Origin: Malacoraja senta
Taxonomy: Eukaryota
DNA: 64,000 nt
Reading direction: 5' to 3'
Assembly (NCBI GenBank): GCA_038087875.1
Contig: CM075988.1
Span: 1,984,001 to 2,048,000 of the forward strand
This document shows, in pieces, positions 1 to 12,506 of the stretch. Both the position numbers and the translations under genes were made by a program. Position 1 is the first letter of the stretch. The number at the start of each line of letters is the position of its first letter. Under the pieces are notes generated by a model that saw only the letters and a program-made list of their open reading frames with translations, was not told where the DNA came from and ran no database searches.

Positions 1-589
1 ACCATCCAGCCCTTTTACAGAATGTGTTTCCCAGTCTATGTGTGGAAAATTGAAATCTCCCACAATCACTACCTTGTGCTTACTACTAATATCTGCTATT
101 TCCTTACATATTTGCTCTTCCAATTCTCGCTCCCCATTTGGCGGTCTATAATACACCCCTATAAGTGTTGCTACACCTTTCCCATTTCTCAGTTCCACCC
201 AAATAGCCTCCCTAGACGAGCCCTCTAATCTATCCTGCCAAAGCACTGCTGTAATATCTTCCTTGACAAGCAATGCAACACCCCCGTTACTCCAGCTTTT
301 TGTGTCTATCTTTGGTTTAAACCAGCATCTGCAGTTCCTTCCAACCTCAGTAAATGTGACAATGATTGTCAGATGCACCGACATCAGAATAATTAAATTC
401 TTACCTGCAGCAGCATTACCATGCCTGTAAACACAATACTCATAGATTATGAGAATGAGAATGAGAATGAATACGTTTATTGGCCAAATATGTACACATA
501 CAAGGAATTTGCCTTGGTGCTCCGCTCGCAAATATCAACACGACATACAGTAACAATTAAGAATGACACATGAGACATTAAACATTAAT

Positions 590-860
590 GGACAATAGAC
601 AATAGTGCAGGAGTAGGCCATTCGGCCTTTTGAGCCAGCACCGCTATTCACAGTGATCATGGGTGATCATCCACAATCAGTACCCCGTTCCTGCCTTCTC
701 GCCATATCCCCCGACTCTGCTATTTTTAAGAGCTTGATCTAACTCTATCTTGAAAGCATCCAGAGAATTGGCCTCCACTGCCTTCTGAGGAAGAGAATTC
801 CACAGATTCAAAAAGCTTTTCCACATCTCCGTTCTAAATGGCTTACCCCTTATTCTGATG
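590..860 (-). mobile_element. CR1 3' fragment
   Basis: Encodes NLWNSLPQKAVEA..GYGEKAGTGY*, followed by the CR1 3' UTR. Confidence 0.85.
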
Positions 861-3036
861 CTTGTTGGGAAGAGGCTGTTCCTGAACCTGGTGGTCATGC
901 CTCTTAGACCCCTATACCTTCCTGGTACGAGCAAAGTGAGAACATGGCCAGGGTGGTGTAGGTCTTTGTGATGATGTTGGCAGCATTGTTGAGGCAGTGC
1001 CTCTTACAGACCCCTTCAATGGTGGGGGTTAGTACCTGTGTCCACCACTGTCTGTGATGTTTGTCACCCAGTGGTCTCACTGCCCCCATCCCAGGGACAT
1101 CTCCTGACCACCCAGAGTGAGGGAGGTCCATGGAAGAAGGATCAGGGAAGCCTGACTAAGGCAGCGACTGTAGATGTTGAGACTGGTGTTTGTGAGGGAG
1201 CAGGGACAAGAGCATTGACTGTTATATAGTCCAGGCAAGTCCAAGCAAGGCCCGGATGAGAGCCCGAACATGACATCACTGTGGTCCTCACCACAACATG
1301 ACAGGTCAACTAAGATTACACGCGTGAAGTTTAACATGCAGCCAGCATGAGGGCCCGTGCCTGATGTCTGCCTGAACACTCCCTGTTTGAAAAGATGTTT
1401 TAAGAAATACTAGACTAAGTGGGATTTGTTGGGTCCCTGTCACACGGGAGGCCTGGTCCCCCAACGCAACCCATTCCCCAACGCAATATTCCACCACTCA
1501 CTTGTTCCCCCAATGCAACCAGTTCCACAATGCAATATTCCACCATTCACCCATAGCCCCCAACTGCGCAGGGGCGGCTCATTTCCCCTCATCCCCCAGC
1601 ACTCCCTCCCCCTCCTCTCCACCCTCCCTCTTCATTCCCCTCACATCCTCCCCTCCCCAATCCCTCCCTCACCTCTCCCTCCCTCTCCATTCTCCTATCC
1701 TCAGTCACTCCCTCCCTCCATAACTCCTCTCCCCTCACCTCCTCCCTTCCCCAATCCCTCCCTCACTTCTCCCTCCCTCTCCTTTCTCCTATCCTCAGTC
1801 ACTCCCTCCCTCCATAACTCCTCTCCCCTCCCTACCCTCCTCCTATCCCTCTATCCCCCACCTCCTCTACTCCTCACTTCCCCCGATCCACCCCACAATC
1901 CCTCCCCACCTCCCCCACTGCCCTCCTCTCCCTCTATTCCCCACACCCTACCTCCCCCACTCCCCCTCCCTACCCCCTCCTCTCCCTCAATCCTCCCACT
2001 CTCCATCCTCACCTCCCCCACTTTCCCCCCTCTCCCTCCCTACCCCCTCCTCCCACTCAATCCTCCCACTCTCCCTCCTCTCCTCCCCAGGATCTCGAGG
2101 GTGCCGCTCCTTTCCCTCCTTGTGTGCCCGGAGCAACAGCGACGCCATCCTCAGAGCTAGGCTCAGTACCCAGGCCCCAGATCATCATCCTTGCCTCTCC
2201 CCACCCCCGGAGCCGCAGCCTCAGTAAAGACGCACACGGGAACCCTCCCCAAACTGTGGGGGCGCTGTTTTAAGTTAATATTTTTAAAACGTTAATAATT
2301 TTTAAAATACACCATCAATCTGAACAAAACTTGTTTCATTTACAGCACGGGACAATATTGAGTATGGTGGGGCAAAAAATTTAGTAATATCCTGTACCGT
2401 TTTTGCACAGTTAGAGGTACAACACAAACCTGCAAACAAACAAGATGAGAGTTTTAGTAATATACTAGACCAATTGCAGACCCATTGGATCTGGACCCCG
2501 AACATGCTTCAGACTGGTTCCTGAACGTCCTTCAGCATCTTGACGGCATAGACACAGAGGACGGCGAAAAGCAGAGGGGGAAGAGCCGATGTTTGGCTTG
2601 AGCCAGCATGAGAGAGCCGGCCCGGGGTAGTGGAGGAGAGGCGGGCGGCAGCAGCTAAAATCGCTAGCGAAAGAAAAAAAATGTCACGTTTTTGGAGCAG
2701 AGCCGGGCAGCAGCAGCCGTTATGGTGGCTGGCCAGCAGGAGGTGACAAAATGAGTGTGGGGGGTGGGGGGTGGGGGGGGGGAGGATGGATTTTATTTTA
2801 AAATGTGTACATAAAAATGTCTAAATCTAATAAGGAGTGTGTCAGGGTATGTAAAGTGTAATGTCTAGCGAAATGGAAAAAATCTCGGAGTTTTCGCGTG
2901 TGGTTTTGGCGGAGCAAGGAATCAAAGGCCAAATCTGACACAAACACACACACCCGCACTCCCACACACACACAGAGTTTTAATAGTATATAGATAGATA
3001 CTAGACCAAGTGGGACCCTTTGGGTCCCTGGCACAT

Positions 3037-3245
3037 GGGAGGTCTGGACCCCAACGCAACCTGTTCCCCCAATGTAATATTGGACTACTCACCCACAGCC
3101 CCCACGGGAGGTCTGGACCCCAAAGCAACCTGTTCCCCCAATGTAATATTGGACTACTCACCCACAGCCCCCACGGGAGGTCTGGTCCCCCAACGCAACC
3201 TGTTACCCAACATAAGATTCCACCACTCACCCGTTGCTCCAATGC
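3037..3245. repeat. 69-bp tandem repeat (x3) of the Helitron subterminal module
   Basis: GGGAGGTCTGG starts at 3037, 3106 and 3175. Confidence 0.9.
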
Positions 3246-5349
3246 AACATGTTCCCCAAATGCAATATTCCACTACTCACCCATAGCCCCCAACTGTGCA
3301 GATCGGCTCATGTTTCTCCCTCCCTCATTTTATACTTTATAAAAAATGCAATCGCACAATATTTTTTTATTCTTTAATGTGATATAGGTGCCACTGACAA
3401 GGCCATTAAACTTTGCTGTGGCTTTGCAATCACATATGTGCTGGGTTAGGCTGGCAGATTCTTCCCCTGAAGGACATTTCCTGTCAAGGACTCAATGGCA
3501 TGGGATAGCAACATTGTAGCTCGGGCATTTCTGATAAAACTGCCAGTTCAGATTTTAAGATTCCTTCTCAATGCGGGATTTTGTATATTTTTAAATGTCA
3601 ATAACTTGTGAAATAAAACATCAATCTGAACGAAACTTAACACAAACGACCACAGGACAATGTTGAGTAAGGTGGTGCAAAATCTTTAGCACTACCATGT
3701 GCCGTTTTGGCGTAATTCCGGGATCACATGGATATGCGCCCACGCATAGACAGATAGATAGAAACAAACAAGATGAGAGTCTTAGTAATATACTAGACCA
3801 AGTGCAGACCCGTTGGGTCTGGACACCGAACGTGCTTAAGACCCCGGGGTGTGAGATCCCAAACGTGCTTCAGACCCCGGGGTGAAAATCATTAGCGAAT
3901 AAAAACCAGAACATGTTTCAGACCCCGGGGTGAAAATTCAGAACGTGCTTCAGACCCCTGGGCACTGAATGTGCTTCAGAACCCAGGGTTTTAGAGTCCG
4001 AACGTGATTCATACACCGGGGTGAAAATCGCTAGCGAAAAAAAGATGGCCTCGTTTTCGGAGCAGAGGCGGTCGACAGCAGCCGTTATGGAGGAGACAAA
4101 ATGAGTGAGTGGGGCGGGGGTGGTGATGGATTTTATTTTAAAATGTGTACATAAATACGACGAAATGTAATCAGGATTGGCTAATCGTAAAGTAAAATGA
4201 AATCTCTACCGAAATGGAAAAAATCTCAGCGTTTCTGCGTGCGGTGTTGGCGTAGCGCGGTATCAAAGGGGCTGGCTGGCACAAGTCAAGCAGACATACT
4301 CAGAAAAAATTGTGAGTAGGAGGGTGGAGGGATGGGGAGGGATGGGGGAGGGAGGGGAGGAGGGAGATGGGTTAAGGGAGTGAGGGGGAAGAGTGTGGAG
4401 GGAGGGGGAGAACGGTGGGGAGAGAGGGGAAACAGTGGGGAGGGAGAGTGGAAGGGGGAGGGGTAGGGACAGTCCATCTGTTCCCCATTCCCTATCACCC
4501 CCAATCATCTTTCTCTATTACCACACACGTGACGATGCCCTTCGACACAGGCTGCGGGGGTGGGGGGAGGGGCTGGGGCTGGGGCTGCTGCAAAGGCATA
4601 TGTAAATGGATCCATTCCGATTGGACATCTGTGAGCATTGGGCATTGTGACATCACACAAGGGAACCTTGACTAACATTCTATGGCTGAGAGCTGTTTTT
4701 TTAAACATTTTGAAATGTTGGGGGGGGGGGAGAAGTATTTTATTTCAAAAAGTGTACATAAACACGACGAAATTTAATCAGGGTTGGCTATTCGTAAAGA
4801 AAAATGAAATCTCTTTAGAAATGGAAAAAAATATCGGCGTTTCTGCATGCGGTGTGGGCGTAGGGCGGTATCAAAGGGGCTGGGTGGCACAAGTCAGGCA
4901 GCCGGACGGCAGCCGGTTGGACGGCACCCACAGAGTTTTAATATATTATACTAGTCCAAGTGCAGACCCATTGGGTCTGGACACCGAACGTGCTTAAGAC
5001 CCCGGGGTGTGAGATCCCGAACGTGCTTCAGACCCCGGGGTGAAAATCATTAGCGGAAAAAAACCCAGAACATTTTCAGACCCCTGGGTGAAAATTCAGA
5101 AGGTGCTTCAGACCCCTGGACACTGATGGTGCTTCAGAACCCGGGGTTTTAGAGTCCGAACGTGATTCAAACACCGGGGTGAAAATCGCTAGCGAAAAAA
5201 AGATGGCGTCGTTTTGGACTCTCCCTCGCGATCTTCCAGAGTGACTGACTCATGTCCAGGCATCCGGGGTTTTATTGTCCTGCCCTCCCCCCCCCCCCTG
5301 GAAGGGGCATTACCTTCATCATGGTGAATGACCTGAGGGGGACCAATAT

Positions 5350-8300
5350 CCTGGCGGGGAGATTTGGCGGGGAGATTTGCAAAGGCTACTGGGGAGACTT
5401 TAAACTAGAATGGTCGGGGGGAGGGACTCAAATAGAGAAAGCTATTAGACAGTATGTGAGGCAGGAGGCAGAGAAGGAAAGCACTCAGACCCAACATGTA
5501 GGGGTAAAGAAGAAAACAATAATAAACAGAGAATAAGAGGTGGTGGGGTTCTTAAATGGGTGAGCAGAGAAACAGAGGGGTGTAAAATGCGGACAGAAGC
5601 AATAGGTAGCAAGGTGAAAAGTAAAAGTGGCAGGCAGACAAATCCAGGACAAAAATCAAAAAGGGCCACTTTTCAACATAATTGTAAAAGGGGTAAGAGC
5701 GTTGTAAAAACAAGCCTGAAGGCTTTGTGTCTCAATGCAAGGAGCATTCGTAATAAGGTGGATGAGTTGAACGTGCAGATAGCTATTAATGATTATGATA
5801 TAGTTGGGATCACGGAGACATGGCTCCAGGGTGACCAAGGCTGGGAGCTGAACATCCAGGATATTCAATATTCAAGAGGGATAGAGAGAAAGGAAAAGGA
5901 GGTGGGGTAGCGTTGCTGGTTAGAGAGGAGATTAACGCAGTGGAAAGGAAGGACATTAGCTTGGAGGATGTGGAATCGGTATGGGTAGAGCTGCGAAACA
6001 CTAAGGGGCAGATAACGCTGGTGGGTGTTGTGTACAGGCCACCTAACAGTAGTAGTGAAGTTGGGGATGGCATAAAACAGGAAATTAGAAATGCGTGCAA
6101 CAAAGGCAAAACAGTTATAATGGGTGACTTCAATCTACATATAGATTGGGTGAATCAAATTGGCGTGGGTGCTGAGGAAGAGGATTTCTTGGAATGTATG
6201 CGGAATAGTTATCTAAACCAACATGTAGAGGAACCAACGAGAGAGCAGGCTATTCTAGACTGGGTATTGAGTAATGAGGAAGGGTTAGTTAGCAGTCTTG
6301 TTGTGCGTGCCCCCTTGGGCAAGAGTGACCATAATATGGTTGAGTTCTTCATTAGGATGGAGAGTGACATTGTTAATTCAGAAACAACGGTTCTGAACTT
6401 AAAGAAAGGTAACTTTGAGGGTATGAGACGTGAATTGGCCAAGATTGACTGGCAATTAGTTCTAAAAGGGTTGACGGTGGAAATGCAATGGAAGGCATTT
6501 AAAGACTGCATGGATGAACTACAAAAATTGTTCATCCCAGTTTGGCAAAAGAATAAATCAGGGAAGGTAGTGCATCCGTGGATAACAAGGGAAATCAGGG
6601 ATAGTATCAAAGCAAAAGATGATGCGTACAAATTAGCCAGAAAAAGCAGCATACCAGAGGACTGGGAGAAATTCAGAGACCAGCAGAGGAGGACAAAGGG
6701 CTTAATTAGGAAAGGGAAAATAGATTATGAAAGGAAACTGGCAGGGAACATAAAAACTGACTGCAAAAGTTTTTATAGATATGTGAAGAGAATGAGATTA
6801 GTTAAAACAAATGTAGGTCCAGTTGCAGTCAGAAACAGGTGAATTGATCATGGGGAACAAGGATATGGCGGACCAATTGAATAACTACTTTGGTTCCGTC
6901 TTCACTAAGGAAGATAAATAATCTGCCGGAAATAGCAGGGGACCGCGGGTCAAAGGAGATGGAGGAACTGAGTGAAATCCAGGTTAGTCGGGAAGTGGTG
7001 TTGGGTAAATTGAATGGATTATAGGCCGATAAATCACCAGGGCCAGATAGGCTGCATCCCAGAGTACTTAAGGAAGTAGCTCCAGAAATAGTGGATGCAT
7101 TAGTGATAATTTTTCAAAACTCTTTAGATTCTGGAGTAGTTCCTGAGGATTGGAGGGTAGCAAACGTAACCCCACTTTTTAAGGAGGGAGAGAGAAAACG
7201 GGGAATTACAGACCAGTTAATCTAACATCGGTAGTGGGGAAACTGCTAGAGTCAGTTATTAAAGATGGGATAGCAGCACATTTGGAAAGTGGTGAAATCA
7301 TTGGACAAAGTCAGCATGGATTTACGAAAGGTAAATCATGTCTGACGAATCTTATAGAATTTTTCGAGGATGTAACTAGTAGAGTGGATAGGGGAGAACC
7401 AGTGGATGTGTTGTATCTGGACTTTCAGAAGGCTTTCGACAAGGTCCCACATAAGAGATTAATATACAGTATTGGGGTTCAGTATTGAATAGAGAACTGG
7501 CTGGCAAACAGGAAGCAAGGAGTAGGAGTAAACGGGTCCTTTTCACAATGGCAGGCAGTGACTAGTGGGGTACCACAAGGCTCAGTGCTGGGACCCCAGC
7601 TATTTACAATTTATATTAATGAACTGGATGAGGGAATTGAAGGCAACATCTCCAAGTTTGCGGATGACACTAAGCTGGGGGGGGCAGTGTTAGCTGTGAG
7701 GAGGATGCTAGGGGACTGCAAGGTGACTTGGATAGGCTGGGTGAGTGGGCAAATGTTTGGCAGGTGCAGTATAATGTGGATAAATGTGAGGTTATCCACT
7801 TTGGTGGCAAAAACAGGAAAGCAGACTATTATCTAAATGGTGGCCGATTAGGAAAAGGGGAGATGCAGCGAGACCTGGGTGTCATGGTACACCAGTCATT
7901 GAAAGTAGGCATGCAGGGAATAGTATGTTAGCTTTCATAGCAAAAGGATTTGAGTATAGGAGCAGGGAGGTTCTACTGCAGTTGTACAGGGTCTTGGTGA
8001 GACCACACCTGGAGTATTGCGTACAGTTTTGGTCTCCAAATCTGAGGAAGGACATTATAGCCATAGAGGGAGTGCAGAGAAGGTTCACCAGACTGATTCC
8101 TGGGATGTCAGGACTTTCATATGAAGAAAGACTGGATGGACTCGGCATATACTCGCTAGAATTTAGGAGATTGAGAGGGGATCTTATAGAAACTTACAAG
8201 ATTCTTATGGGAGGTACACAAAAATGCTGGAGAAACTCAGCGGGTGCAGCAGCATCTATGGAGCGAAGGAAATAGGCAACGTTTCGGGCCAAAACCCTTT

Positions 8301-8781
8301 GGGTTGCCTATTTGCTTCGCTCCATAGATGCTGCTGCACCCGCTGAGTTTCTCCAGCATTTTTGTGTACCTTCGATTTTCCAGTATCTGCAGTTCCTTCT
8401 TTAACAAGATTCTTATGGGGTTGGACAGGCTAGATGCAGGAAGATTGTTCCCGATGTTGGGGAATCCAGGACAAGGGGTCACAGCTTAAGGATAAGGGGG
8501 AAATCCTTTAAGACCGAGATGAGAAAAAACTTTTTCACACAGAGAATGGTGAATCTCTGGAACTCTCTGCCACAGAGGGTAGTTGAGGCCAGTTCATTGG
8601 CTATATTTAAGAGGGAGTTAGATGTTGCCCTTGTGGCTAAAGATATCAGGGGGTATGGAGAGAAGGCAGGTACGGGATACTGAGTTGGATGATCAGCCAT
8701 GATCATATTGAATGGCAGTGCAGGCTCGAAGGGCCGAATGGCCTACTCCTACATCTATTTTCTATGTATCTATGTATCTAT
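5350..8781 (+). mobile_element. CR1 LINE, near full-length ORF2 (APE endonuclease + RT) with frameshifts
   Basis: CLNARSIRNK, GITETWL, VYRPP, GDFN, SDH endonuclease motifs, and [36 protein letters not shown] motifs. Ends in a short TATCTATG-type tail. Confidence 0.93.
8212..8403. mobile_element. Inverted (palindromic) Penelope-tail insertion inside CR1
   Basis: Two inverted ~70-bp arms, with a 16-bp TSD ACAAGATTCTTATGGG at 8196-8211 and 8404-8419. Confidence 0.75.
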
Positions 8782-10896
8782 GACAAGCAAGAGGACCAAT
8801 CAGCTGATCTCAAGATTTTTTAAACACTGATAATTGTTTTATTTTTCATCGATCGGAAAAATCCTCAGGGCTGCCTCAGCGTAGGAGGCCAAAAATCATA
8901 GTGATATATGGTAGCGTTTTTTCTAAAATCAATATACAGCGCAGACAGGAAATTGTCACAATGCGACTTTTAGTTATATGGATACTGTAGATAGATAGAT
9001 GTCTTAATCAGTCACTATTATGCTAGAACTGAAAGCTGTTAACATTCTGTAGTCTTGCCTCTGTTGTTGGCAATGTTGTCATCATTGGCTCATGTTTGGC
9101 TTGAGCTGTGAAGGTTTAATTAACTTGTGCTTGTGACATGTTTTGGTTTAGGTTTATTATTGTCACGTGTAGCGAGGTGCAGTGTTATTCAGATAATATT
9201 ACACATGAATAAAATCAAGCCAAACTCAAGTAGGGTCTCGACTCGAAATGTCACCTATCCAGGTTCTTCAGAGAAGATGCCCGACCCTCTGAGTTACTCC
9301 AGAACTTTGTGTCTTTTTGTGTGTTAACTTGCATTTGCAGTTCTTTACACACTCATTACAATAACAGAATGAGGGGGTAGATACAGAGGGCAGAATATAG
9401 AATATAGTTCTCAACTTGTAGCCCACCAATTCCAAAGTCCAGTGCCCATAATGGGGATAGATGTGAATTGGGCAGTACCCGGCTTATGGAAGGACCATTC
9501 AGAAGCTGAGAATGGATGGAAATAAGCTATTGCTTTCAAGCTTTCTTTTTTATGCTTTCAAGCTTCTGTATTTACTGCCAGATGGGAGCAGGGAGAAGGA
9601 ATGGGACAAGTGTTCAGTAAAAGTTGACATCTTTCAATTCCTGATCCCTCAAGTAGATCATTGTTTCTAAGTTTGCGTAAAAGGGATACTTCCTCATTCA
9701 TTAGTATTTTGAATGGTCTGGTTTGAAACAAATTTTGAACTAAAGACTAACAAGTAAAACTTTAATTGATACTGGTATTTTTAACAGGGAACTTTATGGC
9801 AACAGCTAAAAGTGTTTCTGAGGTGAGATGTCGAGGTGAAGGCTGAATTCCAAGTGGTGCCATTTAGGCAATAGCTGGAGACGTTCTCATTTCATCAAGT
9901 TTTAATTACAGGGAATGAGTCAGATGTAATTTTCTCCAGAATGTTCTCACAGTTTGTTCCAACACCTTAAATAACACCACTGTGCCTGCAGGGAGTGGAG
10001 CCACAGGTTGTAATTTGCTGGGTTGTTTACAGGCCCATGCTGGCATGGAAGAGGGGGGGAATTGTACCGGCCCTTGCTAATTCCCTGGTGCCTAGCGCCT
10101 GTGAGGTTGGAGGCAGTAACGACGGACGCGATGAGTGAGGAGCATGGCTGGTAGGAGAGGAGAGGGAACCGGGGTTTGGCCTAACGCACCCTCATGGTCG
10201 GCTGCGGGAGGCTCCCACCCCTCGGGGAATAGTGGGCGGGCGAGGAGAGGGACGTGGTGTCTAAGGAAGGAGACGGCTGGAGACCTGCAACAGCCTGGGA
10301 CTTGCCTGGTACAGGCACCACAAGTAAGAACTGGAGCGCGGATTTTGAAAATGGTGCCAAAACATGGCGCCTCTTGTGAATACAGGTCATTAGCCTATTT
10401 CTATCACTTGCTAATCGGGGATCGGGGGAGTGACAATATTCTATTGGACTGATTGCAAGGAAAATAATTTCACTGTGTGACCACTTTGCAAATGTTACAA
10501 TAAAAGCACCATTGAACCATTGAACGTCATGATAGGAGGAAGGTCGGAGATGAAGCAGCTGAACTCGGTGGTCTGAGGACGCAGTGCCAAGCATCCCCTG
10601 TCGCGATGACCTGAGCTGGGATAATGGACCATCAGCAACCACACCCATCGGCCGTTGTGTGAGCTCTGACTACAAACAATCGCCCCTTTCCCCCTCAACC
10701 TTCCTTTCACTGTGGCTCCTTGAACCCACAGCCAGGCAAGAGCTGTCCTGATATCGAGGGCAGTCACTCTCTCCTCCACCCTGGAATTCACATGGCTGTG
10801 ACGGGGTCTGGATGTGAGAGACTCTGTCAAAATGCCACCTACAAGTGCTACCTGATAGCGCAATAATTAAATCAAAAAACACTGTCCGGAACATTA

Positions 10897-11870
10897 AGTC
10901 ATAGAGTCATAGTGATACAGCGTGGAAACAGGCCCTTTGGCCCAACTTGCCCGCACCAACATGTCCCAGCTACACTAGACCCATTTGCTTACGTTTGGTC
11001 CATATCCCTCCAAATCTGACCTATCTATGTACCTGTCTAACTTAAACGTTGGGATAGTCCCTGCCTCAACTACCTCCTCTGGCAGCTTGTTCCATACACC
11101 CACCACCCTTTGTGTGAAAATGTTACCCCTCAGATTCCTGTCAAACCTTCACCTTAAACCCATGTCCTCTGGTCCTTGATTCACCTGCTCTGGGCAAAAG
11201 ACTCCGTGCATCTAACTGATCTATTCCTCTCATGATTTTATACACCTCTATAAGATCACCCTCATCCTCTTGCGCTCCATGGAATAGAGATCCAGCCTAC
11301 TCAACCGCTCCCTATAGCTCACACCCTCTAGTCCTGGCAACATCCTTGCAAATCTTCTCTGTACCCTTTCCAGTTTGATAACATCTTTCCTATAACATGG
11401 TGCCCAGACCGGAATACAATACTCTAAATGCGGCCTCACCAACATCTTATACAACTGAAACATGACGTCACAACTTCTATACTCAATACTCTGACTGATG
11501 AAGGCCAGTGTGCCAAATGCCTTTTTGTCCACCTTCAAGGAACCATGCACCTGCACTTCTAGATTCCCTCTGCTCTACAACAGTACCCAGAGCCCTACCA
11601 TCCATTGTGTAGGTCCTGCCCATGTTAAACTTCCCCAAATGCAACACCTCACACTTCTCTGTATTACATTCCATCAACCATTCCTCAGCCCACCTGGCCA
11701 ATTGATCCCGATCCTGCTGCAATCTTTCACAACCATCTTCACTATCTGCAAATCCACCAACTTTCGTATCATCATCAGCTTATCTTGCCATGTATGTTCT
11801 CATCAAAATCATTGATATAGATGACAAACAGTAACAGGCCCAACACCGAACCCTGAGGCACACCAGTAGT
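10897..11870 (-). mobile_element. CR1 3' fragment (second subfamily, ATGACTCT-type tail)
   Basis: LVRPHLEYC, LERVQRRF and KCEVLHLG motifs across frameshifts. Confidence 0.85.
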
Positions 11871-12506
11871 CATGAGCAGTAGAGGCCAATTCACTGGATG
11901 AATTTAAAAGATAATTAGATAGAGCTCTCGGGGAGAGCGGAATCAAGGGGTATGGGAAGAAGGTAGGTATGGGTTACTGATTGTGGATGATCAGCCATGA
12001 TCACAATGAAAGGCGGTGCTGGCTCGAAGGGCCAAATGGCCTCCTTCTGCACCTATTTTCTATGTTTCTATGAGCCTGCATTCCTAGAAGCAACCTTCCA
12101 CCATCACCCTCTGCTTCCTTCCATGAAGCCAATTTTCAGCTATATCTCCTTGGATTCCATGCGATCTGACCGACCAGATCATCTTCCATTGTGTGGGTTG
12201 GGTAGATGCCAATGTTGTAACTCTACTTGAATAGTGACGCCTCAGGCACGACTGGTTCTGAGCGCAGCTCTTCATTACTGGAGCTCAGATGTTTGGTCCC
12301 ATAACTTTTGTTGTAGCCAGTGCTCACAGCAGTTTTTGATGTTGCATGAATTAAATAAATGGGTGGAGATGGGCCTCTGTGGTGGTAGCAAGGGGAAGCC
12401 AGGGCAGATCATCTACTCTGCACCTCTGGATGAACATGGTGCAAATGCTCCAGTTTTACCTTCAACACACAAGCTGGAGCCTGCGCCACTAAGGGTGGAG
12501 ATGTTC

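Larger units (their letters stand above)
1410..8999 (-). mobile_element. Head-to-tail array of five non-autonomous Helitron-like units (1410-2464, 2465-3000, 3001-3792, 3793-4950, 4951-8999; the last is interrupted by CR1)
   Basis: Each unit ends (minus strand) in a GGGACCC/CAGACCC hairpin, ~7 nt spacer, then CTAG (1410, 2465, 3001, 3793, 4951). Each begins with a TATA..AAAA(C/G)TC-like 5' motif. The outer flanks are A|T with no TSD. Confidence 0.8.

Noticed and set aside
1426..2160. 244-aa Pro/Ser/Leu-rich ORF
   Set aside because: Translation of a C/T-rich low-complexity tract inside a Helitron-like unit.
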